Assembly (NCBI GenBank): GCA_951406725.2
Contig: OX597827.1
Coordinates: forward strand, 80,662,001 to 80,726,000
Direction: 5' to 3'
Length of the DNA: 64,000 nt
Source of the DNA: Octopus vulgaris
Lineage: Eukaryota
This document shows, one piece after another, positions 36,129-50,520 of the stretch. A program made the position numbers and the translations under genes. The notes below the pieces were generated by a model that was given only the letters and a program-made list of their open reading frames with translations, made no database searches and was not told the origin of the DNA. Numbering within the stretch: position 1 is the first letter of the stretch; every line of letters starts with the position of its first letter.

Positions 36129-38773
36129 TTAATATAAAGAGTTACCTTATTTTAATGTAATATGAAAGTTAACATTGAAGAGAATATGGAAAATATTAGA
36201 AACAAAAGCAATGTAGAAAGAGTGAATGTAAGAAGGTAGCCATGTTGTTCATAGCTTCTGGACATCTTGTTTTAGGAGAGTTCTTTCGAATATCTGTGAG
36301 CTTAATGGCCATGAAGATGTAAAAAGTTTAACAGACTCTTGCCCTTCAACAGAGAGTGGACCAGGTTAGCAATGACCTTCGTATTGCTCTTAAGTTTGAC
36401 CCAAACCAACAACAGAGTCTCTAAGCAGTTGTTCAGCCTGCTAGAACGAGCATCCAAATTTCAGTCAAACTACACCTGACCTCTTGAGAAAGAACGACAC
36501 ATTGGATAAGGAAATACAAAGAAGAAAAAGATGAGGTCATCCATGAACGTTTAACCCACTCAATTACGGCTGACCTGGGACTAAAATAAAATCATCATCA
36601 ATTTTAGACTTTACCCTCCTTTTATCAAGTGAACTTACCATTATCCTATAAATTCTTTGATTAATTGTTTCTGATTGGAGTCTAGACTTCACACCTTTAT
36701 ATGTAAGTAAGAGTACATTCGGATGAAATCATTCTAATGTACTTTCATTTTGGGGAAATAATCTTTAAAATTGAGCTGAATATTCTGTATGACAAAAAGG
36801 CAAGGTTATTTTTAATGTTCAGATAAAGCTTTTCTTGTCAAAGCAAACATAAGAATAATTAGCATTTTCAGATTATTAAGAAAAAATTTATTTTTTTTAC
36901 AATGAAAATTAAAAAATCAATATTTATAAAATCTTGTTGATTGGTCTTTGACGTGGTGTTCTAATCAACCAAAACTTCTCAAAAGCTGCCTTTTCTACAT
37001 ATCAAACAAAATGCAGTTTGTGTGAATCCACTGATATTTCTCCATGTGCAGCTCGTGCAAAATTGTTTTAGAATAGTACATAAAATATATAACCATGTTG
37101 AACTACAAAGGATCTGGCATCATTTGTGGGCTATTGAAATGGCATTTGTAAATGTAATTTTTACACCAAGACTCAAAATAAATGATAGGCTTAAAATCGG
37201 TCAAAACTCTGCTCCAGCCTCCATCTCCGCTCTCTCCCTCCCTGTCTTTTATATTGTTAAAACCATGACCTCAGTGTCTTGAAGATGGCTGGTCTTGAAC
37301 CTCCTCCAGTCAGGCACCCCCAACCCACTTGTTTCTCACCAATCATCATTCATGTTGTGTCCAACCCTGGCCTCACACTAACAACCATGTCCAATCCTTC
37401 CTCCTCAGAACATCATCCCACTGGAATCTTCTCCCTGCAACTGTTTAAATGAAGCATTAATGGCTTAGAAAATGTCAACATGGAACTCCTGTTATTTATT
37501 CCTAACCTAAGCTACATTAGCATTCTGACATCGGACTGTCAAACATTGTACCATTATGTTAATGGAATTTGTTGAAGAAGACTGTCTATGGCCAGATGCC
37601 CTGCTTGTCACCCGTTTCTGAGCATGGAATTATTTCCTCTCAGCCAGAAATATTTTTGATGAAAGACTCAATTTCAACATTGCTTCTATGACAGTAATTT
37701 TCACTTGTATGTGTTTGTGTGTCTGTATGTGTGCGTGTGTGCGTGTGTGTTTGTGTGTGCATGTGCATATTCATGTGTGTGTGTATGCGTGTGTTTGTGT
37801 GTGTGTGTTTGTGCACATGTGTGTGCATGTGCACGTGTGTGTGTGTGTGTGCTAGAGTACCTAAGTGGCTGATATTTGAAATCCCTTCTTAAGATGCCCA
37901 CCCCACACCAATTGATTTCTTAAATTAAACAAGTCTATTAACTCTTATTAACTCATTCAGCTTCCATTCATTTATAAACAAACTAACTCGCTTATCCTTC
38001 CTACATGTTCTTTTGCTTAGTTGGCCACATGGTAACATGGCTACATGTGTTGTTACTGTGGTATACTATTGGTTACAAGATAAAATAGATTTTTGGCTAC
38101 ATGGCCACATGTATCTTTACAAAGTTATAATATTGTCCACATGTATATCTCTAAAGCAGTGTTATGATAGTGTCTACATGGTCCACATGTATTTCTGTAA
38201 TGGTATACGATAAGACAAATAAAGAGTAAAACATGGAGACATTAGAATTTAGATTTTATTGTTCTTTTTATTTCAACATCAAACTGGAAACATCCAGAAT
38301 GTTCCGCCATCAACAAATGGAATTTTCATGGAAATTAAGTTTAAAAGTTTCCAGGTAGACAACATCTGGAATCTTCCAGATTACTGCAAGAACTGGGAAG
38401 GAATATTAGAGGAAGTTTCTTAAATGTTTGGCTGAAAGTCTGCAGGATTTTCATGTTTCCTTGAACATTTCTTCATAGCGATAGGAACAACAAGAATAAC
38501 GGTGCCAGTTAATTCAGTTCCATCTCTTTCATCTCCAAAGCTTTTAAATCGTTACCACTGCCTCCCTCGGATGGACCTCCTGGAAGAGATAAGGGCCATT
38601 GTTAGAAGGATAACATCAGTTGTGACAACAACAACAACAACAACAACAGCAGTCACTCGACAGGCTAGAAATGACAGCTAAATCTTCTGCAAATGACACT
38701 TTAATAGAAGGAAGGACACATAAAACAAAGTGAGATGGTCCAGGCTGGAACAAGTGAGATAATTTTGCTTATA

Positions 38774-39048
38774 CGAGGGGGTACCCAAAAGAAACTGGAA
38801 TTTAGTAATATCATTTTATTCACATATTTTTACATGTCAACACTTTCATTGCCTTCAGAGTATTCTCCATTTGAAGCCATGCATTGGTCCAGACGCTTTT
38901 TCCACTGTTCGAAGCAGTCCTGGAACTCTTGTGAAGGGATGCCTTTTAATGCCTCAGTTGTCAACTTTCTACATCTTGCAGAGAGCAAGGAACTACAATG
39001 GGTTTGCGCCACAGAGAACATTTCTGGTTACTTTTGGGTAGCCCCTTG
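38774..39048 (-). mobile_element. Short mariner deletion derivative
   Basis: TA-flanked TIRs CGAGGGGGTACCCAAAAG / CTTTTGGGTAGCCCCTTG; C-terminal FQDCFEQWKKRLDQCMASNGEY. Confidence 0.85.
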
Positions 39049-39447
39049 TAAGTCTGCCTGATCAGAGTTGAACAGAAGTTGAACAACAACAACAACAACA
39101 ACACTTGATATTGACATTACCAAAAACTAGAAGGATTGAAAGTAGAGCCAGAAAATAGCTCAGCCCTCAACAATCCTCAACAGAGCTTTAAGGAAACTCC
39201 CACAGAATTACTGTTGCTGCTATAATGAAAATATCAAGTCACCATTGAAAATATGGCCACCTCATCGACTGGCAAGATGTCATTCTTCATCATACTTTAA
39301 ACTCTGGTCCACAGATATCAAGTCTCCTCCATCTCACCTTTCTATCATTGGGGACTGTCTGCATCCCATATGCCCCATCATTTCTGCCACTAAGCACCAA
39401 CAGTAGTATGGGTGATAGTGGTGGTGGTAGCAGCAGCAGTGGTGGTG

Positions 39448-39495
<48 letters not shown>

Positions 39496-41177
39496 TCTAC
39501 TTACCATTGAATGCTCGTTTCTCAGCAGACCCTCCACTTGACACAGCTGCAAAGTAATCAATAAATTCATTAATCTAATGAGGAGGGGGGATTCTCCACC
39601 TCACCCCCATAATTGTTCCGGAACAATCCAGACAGGGAGAAAGGATAATAATTCAGTTAATATGGCTCATGTTCGGTTAGTTGCTATTAAAGCTTAGCCC
39701 CAGGTCAGTCCTGATCAAAGTTAATCCCACAGTGACCATCCCATCGGTCTTTTTTCAGGCATAGTTCACCTAGTATTACATCATCCAATGGCTCCTTCCT
39801 ACTCTAAAGAATGGTAGGGTGTAATATTAGATGGATTTGGCTGTTATTTCTAGATGGTGGAGCGACCATATATAGGCTTCAGTTAGCTGTCATGTGTTTT
39901 TGAGCAGACCTATGATCAAAGGCATTCCAAACGTGACCATCCTATCTTTTTCTTATGTGCAAAGAATCCAGGATCACATTTGATGTTTCATTTTCTAAGA
40001 TGGTAGTGATGTGTGTGATTTGAGGGAGAAGTGGCTGCTATTTCTAGCATTTTGAGCAACTACACAGTAGCTCAGCTAGTGATTGAGAGAGACATTGGAA
40101 TAGGTAGGGCCATGGATATTTCTAGATCTAATGATGGAATGGTCATGGCTGGCATTCTTTTGATCATATGTCTCTGAGCAGGACTTGAAACAAAACATGT
40201 TGGCAATGGGGTTATGGTTGTGGATTTGGGTCAGGAAGATTCATGACAGAGTGCAATTGACAAACATTGCCAGAAAAATGATTTCTAAGACAACAGAATC
40301 GATTGTAGGAATGGTGAATTGGAGAAGACACAGCTCAGTGAAGATGAAATGAACTGAGAACTGGAAGTGTGCCAAGATTCTTTTTAAGGAATAGAACCAA
40401 TTTTGGTTAAATTCTTTTAATACCAAACTCCTTGAGACTATCCTTGCTTTTATGCTACAGACTCTCTGTTTTAAAGGGATTTAGATTAAAACTTCCCATT
40501 AAAATTCCATCTTTTATCTTTTGCTTGCGTCAGTAAGGCTTCCACTTCACACGCCAACTTAACTTAACTTGTCCATTTAGTCGAAAGACACCATATTGTC
40601 ACACATATTTGCTCACTTTCTTCCAAAAGTTGAATGCCCTTAGCTTGGATTTTTGGGGCCTACCAATATTGAACAGTCTCAAGTGTAACAGGCTGAAACT
40701 GTAGTGATAACTGGAAGCCTGACTGATGAATAGAAAGCCATGAATGTTTCTTCCTGGTTTTACTGTCCATCTTTGTATCGTCCATCTGTCCGTACGTTTT
40801 TGTTATCGTCTGTTACGTTCTTGTTATATATAAATATACATACATATATAAATATATATACATACACACATATATATATATACATGCACACATATATGCA
40901 TGCTGTGTAACACAAGTTGCAAAAGCAGGAATTTAGCTTGGATAAGCAATATACTCTCTTGATCTCTTGTTTTTACATGATGACAATGATGCTGATGATG
41001 ATGATGATGAAAGTAATTAACACATTGACAGAACAATGGGAAATGAATGAAATCCATCACTCACCTGTTTTAGCTCCAACAATATCGACTGAAATAACAA
41101 AAATACTCTGATGTCAGTAGGAATATTGCTCTGTATGTGTGTGTGTGTGTGTGTGTGTGTCTATATATTTATATATA

Positions 41178-42072
41178 TTGAGTTATCCCATAAATAATGT
41201 TTTTTTTTTCAACTGAATGAACTAAAAGCCAGAGGGGGACTGGATAAACTACCTGCATCAAGTTGCTATAAAAGCAGGTAGTAATTTTACCTTGTACTTA
41301 TTCTTTGTGCAAGTTTTGAAGAGTGCAGTTATTTTTTCAAAAGCTTTAATGGAAGTGACAAAGGAGCATATTCGGCATATTTTGCTTCATGACTTCAATA
41401 AAGGCAACAATGCAATGGAAAGTGTGAGGAATATTAATGCAGTATATGGGGATCAGACAATAAGCATTAGCCAGTGTCAATGGTGGTTCCAGAAATTCTA
41501 AGCCAAAAACTACAGCTTTGTCCTGGCAGATCTGTAGAGCTTGATGAGGAGGTCCTTCAAACCCTGGTGGAACAAAATCCCATTGTAACTGTTGAGAAAA
41601 TAGCAGAGAAGCTTGGTCATTCAACCAATCATTCAAGTCAGTGCTAGAAGAAAAACGAACATCTTAGGTTTCAAGATGAACAGTGTCCTTACATCAAGAT
41701 ATTGCTCGGCTACATACAGCGAGGATGACAGTCCAAAGGCTGGAGCAGTTTAAATGGGAAACGATGCCCCCACTCATCATATTCGCCAGACATTGCCCCA
41801 TCTGATTATCATTTATTCCACAGTCCTCAAAATCATTTGGACAGAAAGAAAATGAATTCTGTAGACAAGATCAGAACAGTACTGGAGGAGTATTTTTTAT
41901 CACAGACAAGTGAATCTTGGAAGAGAGGCCATGCAAGTCTAGCAGATAGATGGGAGAGTATTGTAGAAAATGAAGGAGAGTATATTTTAGATTAAAAAAG
42001 AACCTTGTTTCTCTTAATTTTGTAAAGTAAAAGAAGTATAAGGAAAAACGTATTATTTATGGGATGACCCAA
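41178..42072 (+). mobile_element. Internally deleted mariner element
   Basis: TA-flanked TIRs TTGAGTTATCCCATAAATAAT / ATTATTTATGGGATGACCCAA; HTH region KEHIRHILL..WFQKF; YSPDIAPSDYHLF motif. Confidence 0.9.
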
Positions 42073-42283
42073 TATATATATATATGAATTAGAGGTAAAA
42101 CCACTATTAGGCAACTCAAACAGTGATAGACATAAACCAAAACATAAATAACAAATAATATATATTTTTATAAAACATATAACTAGATCTCAAAAAGCAT
42201 AAAAATGAATGATCAATACATAATAAGTAAAAAACTACATACGTTTCATATATATATATATATATATATGTGTGTACATATAT

Positions 42284-42323
<40 letters not shown>

Positions 42324-44469
42324 TGCGTGTAAGAAAACAGAAGTAGGTGCAGCAAAGGAATATAGTTCTGATGGAGATATATTTGTTTAGCTGAGAGTGT
42401 AACTTAGCCATTCACTAAATAAAGACTAATAAAAATAAAAGTGCCTGATGACCATTGTACCTGTAACACAACAAGGTCCGTCCTTGTCACGTTCTGTGTA
42501 ATGGTGATTCTGCACTGAGAATTACATTACGGGCACAGCAATTGTCTGAGTAGTACTCAGCCACCTATACATTATAGTGAGGTTGATGTATGACACCTCA
42601 GAATGCTTGATGGTGGTGTTCTTGCATGGCTGCTGTCCAATGACTGAAACCCGTAAAAGTGTAAAATTTTACAAAGGATAATGAATAACATTATGTCGTT
42701 CAGATTCCATGTTCAATCCTCATTAAAGTCAACTTTATCTTTCATTCTCCCCAGGTCAATAAAATATCAACCAATATCACCAGAGATCATAAGGCAGTGA
42801 GCCAAGAGAATTGCTACCATGTGAGGCAAAATATTTAGCAGCATTTCGTCTTTCTTTATGTTCCGACCTTGCTTTTCATCCTTGGGTGGGGGGGTCGATA
42901 AAATAAGAACCAAGTGAGCACTGCGGTTGATGTAATTGATTTTCACTTTTCCCCACAATTGCTGGCCCTGTGCCAAAATTTGAAATTAATATTACCAAAG
43001 ACGAGGGCAGCAAGCTGGCAAAATCTTTAGCATGCAGGGCCAAATGCTTTGTGGCCTTTTGTCTGTCGTTACATTCTGAGTTCAAACTCTGCCAATGTCA
43101 ACCTTGTCTTTCATCCCTTCAGGGCTGATAAAATAAGAAGCACCTCTCAAGCCCTGGGGGGTATTTCATCAACTTATCCCCTCCCCTCAAAACTTCTGAT
43201 CTTGTAACAAAATTTGGAACCAATATTACCAGAGATCAATAGAACTGACTTCCCCCACCTCTTCATGGTTGCCATCTTGTGTTCAGCATCATCATCATCC
43301 ATTGTTTTAAATCCAGGTTTTGTCCCTGTTAATGGGGGTGGATGGATCTACCTCAATGCCATAGCAACCGAGGTAGGCAGGTGCAACCCACCCCAACCTT
43401 TGGGCTGGCTGGTGCCTATTCTCCTTTGCTATCATGAGGCTTTTTTAGAGCTGGATTTTCTACAGGAAGAACCCCCAACCTCAGTTTCTAGACATGAGTG
43501 GTCCTGAGACAAAGGCCTCTACCACGATTTTTAAGAAATGTGGTGGCAAACTAGCTCAGGAAGGCAAGGACACGCTACTCCCTGAGACCCCTTTCAGAGG
43601 CCCCACCCCTACTGGTTATTGTTAGAAATCAATATGTATTGTTATGAATATTGAACGATGTCAAGGAAATAACTTACATTTAATGTCATCAATATTAGGA
43701 GCTGAAAATAGAAGGAAAAGAAGATTAATAGAAAAAGACAACAGTTAAGAGGCCATACTTTGTGTAATCACTTTACACAGCTAATTAAAAATAATTATAC
43801 CATCAGGAAAATGTATTGGATGAAACATTAGTAGTGTCTTAATTGGGAGACAACCCTTGACATCTTTCCATTGTATTAGGCCTCTTTAGCAAAACATAGA
43901 CTTTACTGTAGACAGTGAAATATTGCTGAGAGAATCGCTGTTTAGATATACAATATTATACATGTCTAGCTGTGAGTAAAGTAATTAGCATATTTTATAA
44001 GACAAATCCCACATAAGACTTTGTTAATTCCCTTTTCATCTCATTTTATACACACACACACATGCACATACACACATATGCACACACACACATGCATGTG
44101 CACACATACACACACACATATGCATGTATGCAAAGACCTGGGAGATGGTTCTGTTGCAATGTACACACAGACATTGTGACTCACATTCAGATGAGGGCCA
44201 CTTGACAAATTGACATGAAATCACTAACAGACATATTCCATCCATGGCCCCCACCCCACTACAGCTAGCTCCTGTCTTTGACTTTTCATCACTACTTCAA
44301 TGGCCTCTATTCTTTGGCGCTGTCTTGTCCCATACCCCTACTTCTGAGGCATCCCCACCACTGACCTGCTTGTCACTCCACCTCTTGGAATCCTTGCTGA
44401 ATCCATGTCTAGCATTATGGCAAATATCCATAACAGTTCCTACAGAGTTCCACCAGAGATAGGAGTAAA

Positions 44470-44680
44470 GACGGTGAGCTGGCAGAAACGTTAGCACGCC
44501 GGGCGAAATGCTTAGCAGTATTTCATCTGTGTTTACGTTCTGAGTTCAAATACCGCTGAGGTTGACTTTGCCTTTCATCCTTTCAGGGTCGATAAATTAA
44601 GTACCAGTTGCATACTGGGGTCGATCTAATTGACTGGCCCCCTTCCCCAAAATTTCGGGCCTTGTGCCTAGAGGAGAAAA
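44470..44680 (+). mobile_element. Nin-domain-like SINE (monomer)
   Basis: Same head and core as 24757-25148. Confidence 0.8.
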
Positions 44681-45270
44681 GCGATATCACAGAGTTGCAA
44701 TAATGTCACAATATAGAGATACAGCAAAGTTACATCTGAGTCACAAGTAACGGAATTAGAGACTGAGTCCAGCTGCAGCAGCAGCAGAGATTAAAGGATA
44801 AGCAGACCAGCAGCAGCAGGATTAGAAGATAGATTTAATAATACTTACTGCCAACAACCAGGGCTATGAAGAGAGAAATGGTAACGACTAGCAGAAGCTT
44901 CATCTTGTGTTCTTGAAGAATTTTAACTGAAGTGTTGTATGTCAGCAACTGTTGGTTCCTATATATATATAGTCTTATAACCACATGTGTGTGTGTGTGT
45001 GTATGCATGTATATATCTCTCTATCTCTCTATCTATGTATCAACCCTGCTATTCATAAATGCACGTACTGTAAAGAATTTTAAAAAATACATTGACTCAC
45101 ACATACATACATAAAGAAATACATGCATAAAGACTGATGCACACATGGACACACACACAGCATTGAAATGGATTCGAGGTGGGGGTGGAGTTAATGTAAG
45201 GGGCGGGGCTGAGGGAACAGACAGCTTTTCCCAGGCATGACATATTCTCTGGAAGAGATAGAGGAAGAAA

Positions 45271-45311
<41 letters not shown>

Positions 45312-47442
45312 GGAATGAGAAGAGGTCTGTATTATAAGTGAGATGAGACAAGAGAGTGGGCTGAGTTATAAAAATGTGAGGTGTGCGAGGGGTCAGCCCC
45401 TCTAGGCCTTATTAGTGTGTGAGGGAGCTTTATGAGCACCAGGTGAGAGGAGCTGAAGGCTGAAGACTAAAGGCTGTAGGTTTGTTTTTGGTTTTAAGTC
45501 CCAGATTTATGCCTGATTGAATAGACTTATGATTAAAGGCACAAGCATGCTTCCAGTTTCAATCCCACAGCATGGTACGCTGGGCAAGTGTACTATTAGG
45601 GCTTCAAGTATGGAATTTGTAGAAAAGCAAAAAAAGTTTGCTAATGTTTTATAAATACAATGTATTCCCAAGAAAGAACTCATATTTCAAAACTGTATGA
45701 ATTTCTGACTTACACATCTCTAAACAAAAATAGTAAAAGATGATTTATAAATACTTCATAAAGCACAAAATGAGTTAGAATAAAGAAATAGATGTGTCAG
45801 CTTTCTAACAAAAAATAAAGATTGTCAAAATATAATAATGGCACAAAATGAGCAGCTGTCAGAGTTTACCGTATACCTCACAACAAATTTCATACTTGAT
45901 GACCTAATATAACTTTGGGCTGACCAAAGCTTCAGGAATGGATTTGGTAGATGGAAACTGAAAGAAGTCTGCCATGTGTGTGTGTGTGTGTATGCGCACA
46001 TATCTTTGTGTCTGTGTTTGTCCCCTATGCTACTTGACAACTGGTGTTGGTGTGTTTGCATCCCATATGACTTAGCAGTTTGGCAAAACTAACTGATAGA
46101 ATAAGTACCAATTTTAAAAACATAAAAATAAGTTCTGGAGTTGATTAATTTGACTAGAAATTCTTCAAGGTGCTGCCCCAGCATGGCCACAGTCTAATGA
46201 CTGAAACAAGTTAAAGATATAAGAAAAAAGATATTCCAGCCATGACCAACCTGTCTTTATTTGTTCTATATTCACAATTAGGCTTAAGTTCTTTTGCGTG
46301 TGATTTGGGGGATTTTAGTCACTATTTTTAGCAATCCAAGTGACCATGTACAGGGAAGAGGGTGGTTGAGTGTAGTGGGGTGAGAAGTGGTAGGACAGAT
46401 CTCTATTCTAAGTGTGGTGAAATGCCAGGAACGTGTTTATGGCACCATTTCATGGTATTAGTCTAAAGACAGGAGAGAAATAACTTTAGTTGAGATGAAG
46501 ACATATGGTCGCCTGGTGGGGTCCGGTCATGACTTCAACACAGATCAATCACCTGACATTAGCTGTCCGACTGCATCGTTTCCATTAAATAGTGTGTGTG
46601 TGTGTGGGGGGGGGCGGTTTGTATTAGAGGTAGGTGTCATACCATGCATGCGTATGAATGTCTTTTCTCTCTCCTCTTATCTATCAATCAATCTATCTAT
46701 CTATTTATCTATCTATCTCCCCTTTTTTATCCCCAAAAAGAAAAGCTCTACCTTGTAATTTGTCCCATCTGTGTGCAGCCCTGTGTGGCTAATAAAGAAA
46801 CATATCTATCTATCTATTTATCAATCAATCAATCTATCTATCTATCTGTCTGTCTATCTTTCTGTCTGTGTATCTATCTCTCTAGGTGGGAAAGAGTGGA
46901 AGTATAGTGGTATTAGTTAGTGGGGGTGGCACAGTGTTTGGTTTCATGTGGTGAGTATAAAAAAGTGTTGATAAGAAGTGTCTGGGGCCAGAGGTTATGA
47001 GTGGGGGTGGCGTGGAATGAAAGATGGACACCAACAGGGGTTGGTGGTAAGAATGAGTAATGGATGTCAATAGAAAATGGATTTGTAGAGAGGAGAAGGG
47101 AATTCAGTTGAGTTCATAATGGGAAATAACAGGTATAGCTGAACCCAGTGACCCAGCAACAAAATTTGCCTGGGGGGGGGGGGTGCAAACCCAGGTCCAA
47201 ATCTTTTAACAAAAAATGTGAATTTTTTCAATGTTAATATTAAAACAAATGCAGGTTTAATAATAATTTTTATTATTATGAAGATCAGCTGAAATGTTCA
47301 TAGGTTGAACAAAACACGCTCGTGGAATGTGACTAAATGAAGTTCATTTTTTAACACAGTTCCTCTTACTGTCCACAAACTTCTATCAGTTGCAGTGCTT
47401 GGATCACACTGGTGAAGAAGCTGTCCTGTTGATCCTTCCTGG

Positions 47443-47660
47443 TATGCCATGCTGTACCAAGTTAAGGCTCCTTCCTATTGTGCTATACTGAGTTATGGCA
47501 CCTTTCTGTCATGCCATGCCATGCTGAGTTAAAGCAGTTTGCTAAAGCTTGTCCTTCTTGTTGTGCTGTGCTGTGCCAAGTTAAGGCCCCTTCCCATTGT
47601 GCTGTGCCATGCTGAGTTAAGGCCCCTTGCTGTTGTGCCATGCCATGCTGAGTTAAGGCA
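47443..47660. repeat. Degenerate ~35-40-bp tandem repeat (TGCCATGCTGAGTTAAGGC core, ~5-6 units)
   Basis: Directly visible. Confidence 0.75.
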
Positions 47661-47697
47661 GTATGTTTCATTGTTTTGTAAAATAGTTAGAAGTGAT

Positions 47698-47699
<2 letters not shown>

Positions 47700-47738
<39 letters not shown>

Positions 47739-49081
47739 TGTGTACAGTGCTCAGGTGCACTACAACTCATCTAAAGTGTATATATAATCAGGTGTAGTTT
47801 CGACGGATTTCGGGAAGCATGAGGGCCTTAAAGGATGCAGTGTCATGGCAGTCAACAACTGATGCAGGCAGTTTATTCCACGCTTCAGCAACCCTGAGCG
47901 TGAAAAAATGTTTCCGAAAGTCATGGGAGCTGTATTGTTTTCTGACTTTGTAGGCATGTCCACGTGTGTTAGACACATGGAGATCAAAAGGTGTTCAGTG
48001 TTGTTGTTGGTGAGGTGGTTGATAACCTTGTGGGTGTTTACCAAGTCCGTCGCCAGACGCCGGAGCTTCAGTGAATCCATGCCCAGGGAAACAAGGCGCT
48101 CAGAATATGGTAGGTGTCTGATGGAGGGTATGCGTTTGGTTGCACGTCTCTGGACAGATTCCAGGAGGTCAATGTTCTGAGCAAGATAGGGATTCCAAAC
48201 TGATGATGCGAATTCCAAGTGTGGTCGTACCATAGCTGTATACAGTTTTAAATAGATGGCTGGAGAGCGGCTAACAAAAGTCTTGCTGAGTGATGCCAAG
48301 ACACCCTCGGCCTTCTTGACAATTTTAGAGATATGCTTTGTCCAACGCAAATCACTGCTGACAGTGATGCCTAGGTCACGCTCGCAAGAGGATTTCTTGA
48401 TATCAGTGTTGTGGAGGGAGTATGTGAACGCAGGGTTTTTCTCCCAAAATGCATGGTGGTACACTTGTCCACAGCCAGTTTCAGTTGCCAGTCTGTGATC
48501 CATTGCTGCATTGTGTCTAGGTCTGATTGCAGGAAAGAGTTGTAGACATCAGGATCTGTCCTCTTGATTTCAAGGTACAGCTTGATGTCGTCTGCATATT
48601 TCAATACTGTGGCATTCTTTAAATTGGCATCTATGTCGTTAATGTATGCCACAAACAAGAGGGGGCCAAGGACAGATCCCTGTGGTACACCCGATGACAT
48701 CTCATATGGTGTAGAGTGCTGTCCTAGAACTGTGACTACCTCCTTTCGGCTGAGGATGAAGGATTTCAACCAGTTAAAAAGGTCATCCCCCACACCCATT
48801 GCAGAGAGTTTCACCATAAGCCTTTTGTGTGGCACAGAGTTGAAAGCCTTAGCAAAGTCAAGGTAGACAACATCCACCCATGAGCCACTGTCAGTAATCT
48901 GAGTAATGTCCTCAAGGAACTCGACAAGCTGGTCACTGCAGCTGGAGTTAGGGACAAATCCATATTGTGAGGGTCGGATGAGACTGTGAGAGCTCCAGAA
49001 GTTCCAGAGTGTTTCTCTGACACACGATTCCATCAGTTAAAAAGGTCATCCCCCACACCCATTGCAGAGAGTTTCACCATA
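47700..49081 (-). mobile_element. 5'-truncated CR1-group LINE (RT C-terminal half) with (ATT)n tail
   Basis: YLDFAKAF, GVPQGSVLGP, YADD in ORF 48371-49033; frameshift into ORF 47760-48503. Confidence 0.92.
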
Positions 49082-49979
49082 TAGAGATTTGACTATTATT
49101 TCAAGAAATCTTGTGGCTGTTTAGGGGCTCCACACCCTTCATACATCTTGTGTATATAAAGACAAAGGCAAGATAATCCCCATCATTAGCAGCTGTGAAA
49201 TACTTGAAGAAACTGAGAAACATTTGAAGTGTCTTTCATGGTGTAGTGGACCCAGCCTAGTTTCATAAAAAGGAAAAAAACATAGAAACAAAGTCACAAC
49301 GAAGCGATCTTCTGGATCTGTTTGTCTGATCCAGGCTGCAATTTCATTCAAAAGCTGGGTTTTCTGACATGAATTATTACATCTATATCTCTGTCATTGG
49401 TAAACTTCTTAGTGAAATTAAGTACCCTAACAACCCATTTGGTGTAGATGGATAAAAAGTCCCCAATATCAAATTGGGTGAAGCTTGTTCTGCCTTTACC
49501 CTGCTGGAACAACGTTGGCCACATCTGACTTGAAGTAAATGTTGCAGGCTTTGCTTTGCCAACAGGAGAATCATTCTAAAAACAGTCACAAGATCCAAGT
49601 GCTTTTCTGAACTCAAAAACCAAAATACTTTATTGCTGTTCTCAGGATATTTTTTTATCCCTCCGTCTCAACAGACTCCTAATAAATTCTATAAACTATA
49701 AATGGCAATTTCATCAAAGAAACATTGTGCTATTTTTGAATCTTCATCTGAGGAATTATGGATAGGAGATCCAATACATGTTTTCTGCATATACATGCCT
49801 ACTATGAAATTATTACATTTATAATATTATCATCATCATCATTTAGCGTCCGCTTTCCATGCTAGCATGGGTTGGACGGTTCAACTGGGGTCTGGCAAGC
49901 CAGAAGGCTGCATCAGGCTCCAGTCTGATCTGGCAGAGTTTCTACAGCTGGATGCCCTTCCTAACACCAACCACTCTCC

Positions 49980-50520
49980 TTCAGTTATACTCTTGCAACG
50001 ATATTCTTAGCATGAATTTTTCCATGGCCCTTGGCATTCTATCCAATCGATGTTCTTCTTTCTTCAGAGTAGCCCACATCTACAATAGTGAGGGTAGAAT
50101 GATGCCATCAAAGAGATTATCACATATTAAAAGCAAAGTTGGACAAGGCCCTCTGCGACAATCTCATTGATGGCATCATTCTACCCTCACTATTGTAGAT
50201 GTGGGCTACTCTGAAGAAAGAAGAACATCGATTGGATAGAATGCAAAGGGCCGTGGAAAGATTCGTGCTAAGAATATCATTGCAAGAGTAAAACTGAAAT
50301 GAAGTGATTCAAGAATTGGGCAGAATACCAACACAAAGTCAAAGTGCTGCTGTGCCAAATCCGTTGCAAGTCAACAGATGGAGCTGTGCAGGATCCAAAA
50401 GACTGGAAAAGACCACTCAGAAGGTATTTGCGATGATGGGAAGATGATTTAGTTAAACAATTCAGGTCCAGAGGAAAAGAAAGGCAAAATCTAGAAAGAA
50501 TTGAGAGTAGTGTATAACAA
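49980..50520 (+). mobile_element. RTE-like LINE fragment with foldback (49980-50124 / 50154-50298)
   Basis: LKKEEHRLDRMQRAVERFVLRISL-like translation; near-perfect inverted arms. Confidence 0.65.

Noticed and set aside
38020-38400. Cluster of CACATG E-boxes and nGAAnnTTCn heat-shock-like elements
   Set aside because: Short degenerate motifs with no linked start site; cannot be separated from chance or old micro-repeats
39348-39557. Gly/Ser-rich ORF
   Set aside because: (GGT)n/(AGT)n trinucleotide repeats
40660-40745. Further hammerhead-like remnants (also ~4945-5020)
   Set aside because: Stems and core too degenerate to support
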